From positions 3,354,151 to 3,418,150 of the forward strand of contig MU054001.1 in NCBI GenBank assembly GCA_013239625.1: 64,000 nucleotides of DNA, in the 5' to 3' direction. The notes beneath the pieces are model-generated. The model was not told the DNA's origin. It saw only the letters and a list, made by a program, of their open reading frames with translations, and did no database searches. The translations under genes were made by a program, and so were the position numbers. The stretch is from Lama guanicoe (Eukaryota). This document shows, one piece after another, positions 63,761-64,000 of this stretch. Every line of letters begins with the position of its first letter. Position 1 is the stretch's first letter.

Positions 63761-64000
63761 CAGACCACACCATTTCCAAACCCTGTGGCTCCCAACTTCG
63801 TTCATGCAGAGGGGCCTTCCATGGATTAACACAGGAGCAAAAGGCTTAAACACTTCTGCGTGTGCTTGTGTGTGTGTGAAATGCCATGTAAACCATAATG
63901 AGGAACATCATTTCCACTGAGATCAGTTGGAAAACATTTTAAAAGTCTGACAAATCAATGCAGTGAGGTAGCTGAGCAGTGGGAGCTTTCTTACCTCCCT

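Noticed and set aside
1..64000. Repeat strand bias as evidence that the window is an intron of a minus-strand gene
   Set aside because: L1s lean to the plus strand (6 of 9), but MaLR LTRs are about evenly split; counts are too small and inconsistent.
1..64000. CRISPR arrays, operons, defence systems or an intact ERV/L1 coding region
   Set aside because: This is mammalian DNA with no regularly spaced repeats and no gag/pol/env or long L1 ORFs; all LTRs are solo or fragmentary.

Overview
Mammalian genomic DNA, almost certainly camelid: it carries three copies of a tRNA-derived SINE matching the camelid vic-1 family, plus cetartiodactyl-type L1 3' ends. I recognise no protein-coding gene, RNA gene or processed pseudogene; the ORF track is explained by chance or repeat-derived ORFs. 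The window is dense in old eutherian repeats (MIR, L2, MaLR/ERVL/ERV1 solo LTRs, hAT MER elements, HAL1, L1M) with repeat-free islands that look regulatory, the strongest being a CpG-enriched block at ~47.9-49.2 kb. I did not find a novel biological system. The best-supported points of interest are two four-level nested transposon stacks (30.1-31.4 kb and 40.6-44.5 kb), a 5'-inverted twin-primed L1, and an isolated L1 5' end. Candidate enhancers and a speculative minus-strand exon pair are weaker. Family names come from my recall of consensus sequences, not a database search; subfamily calls and most boundaries are approximate.
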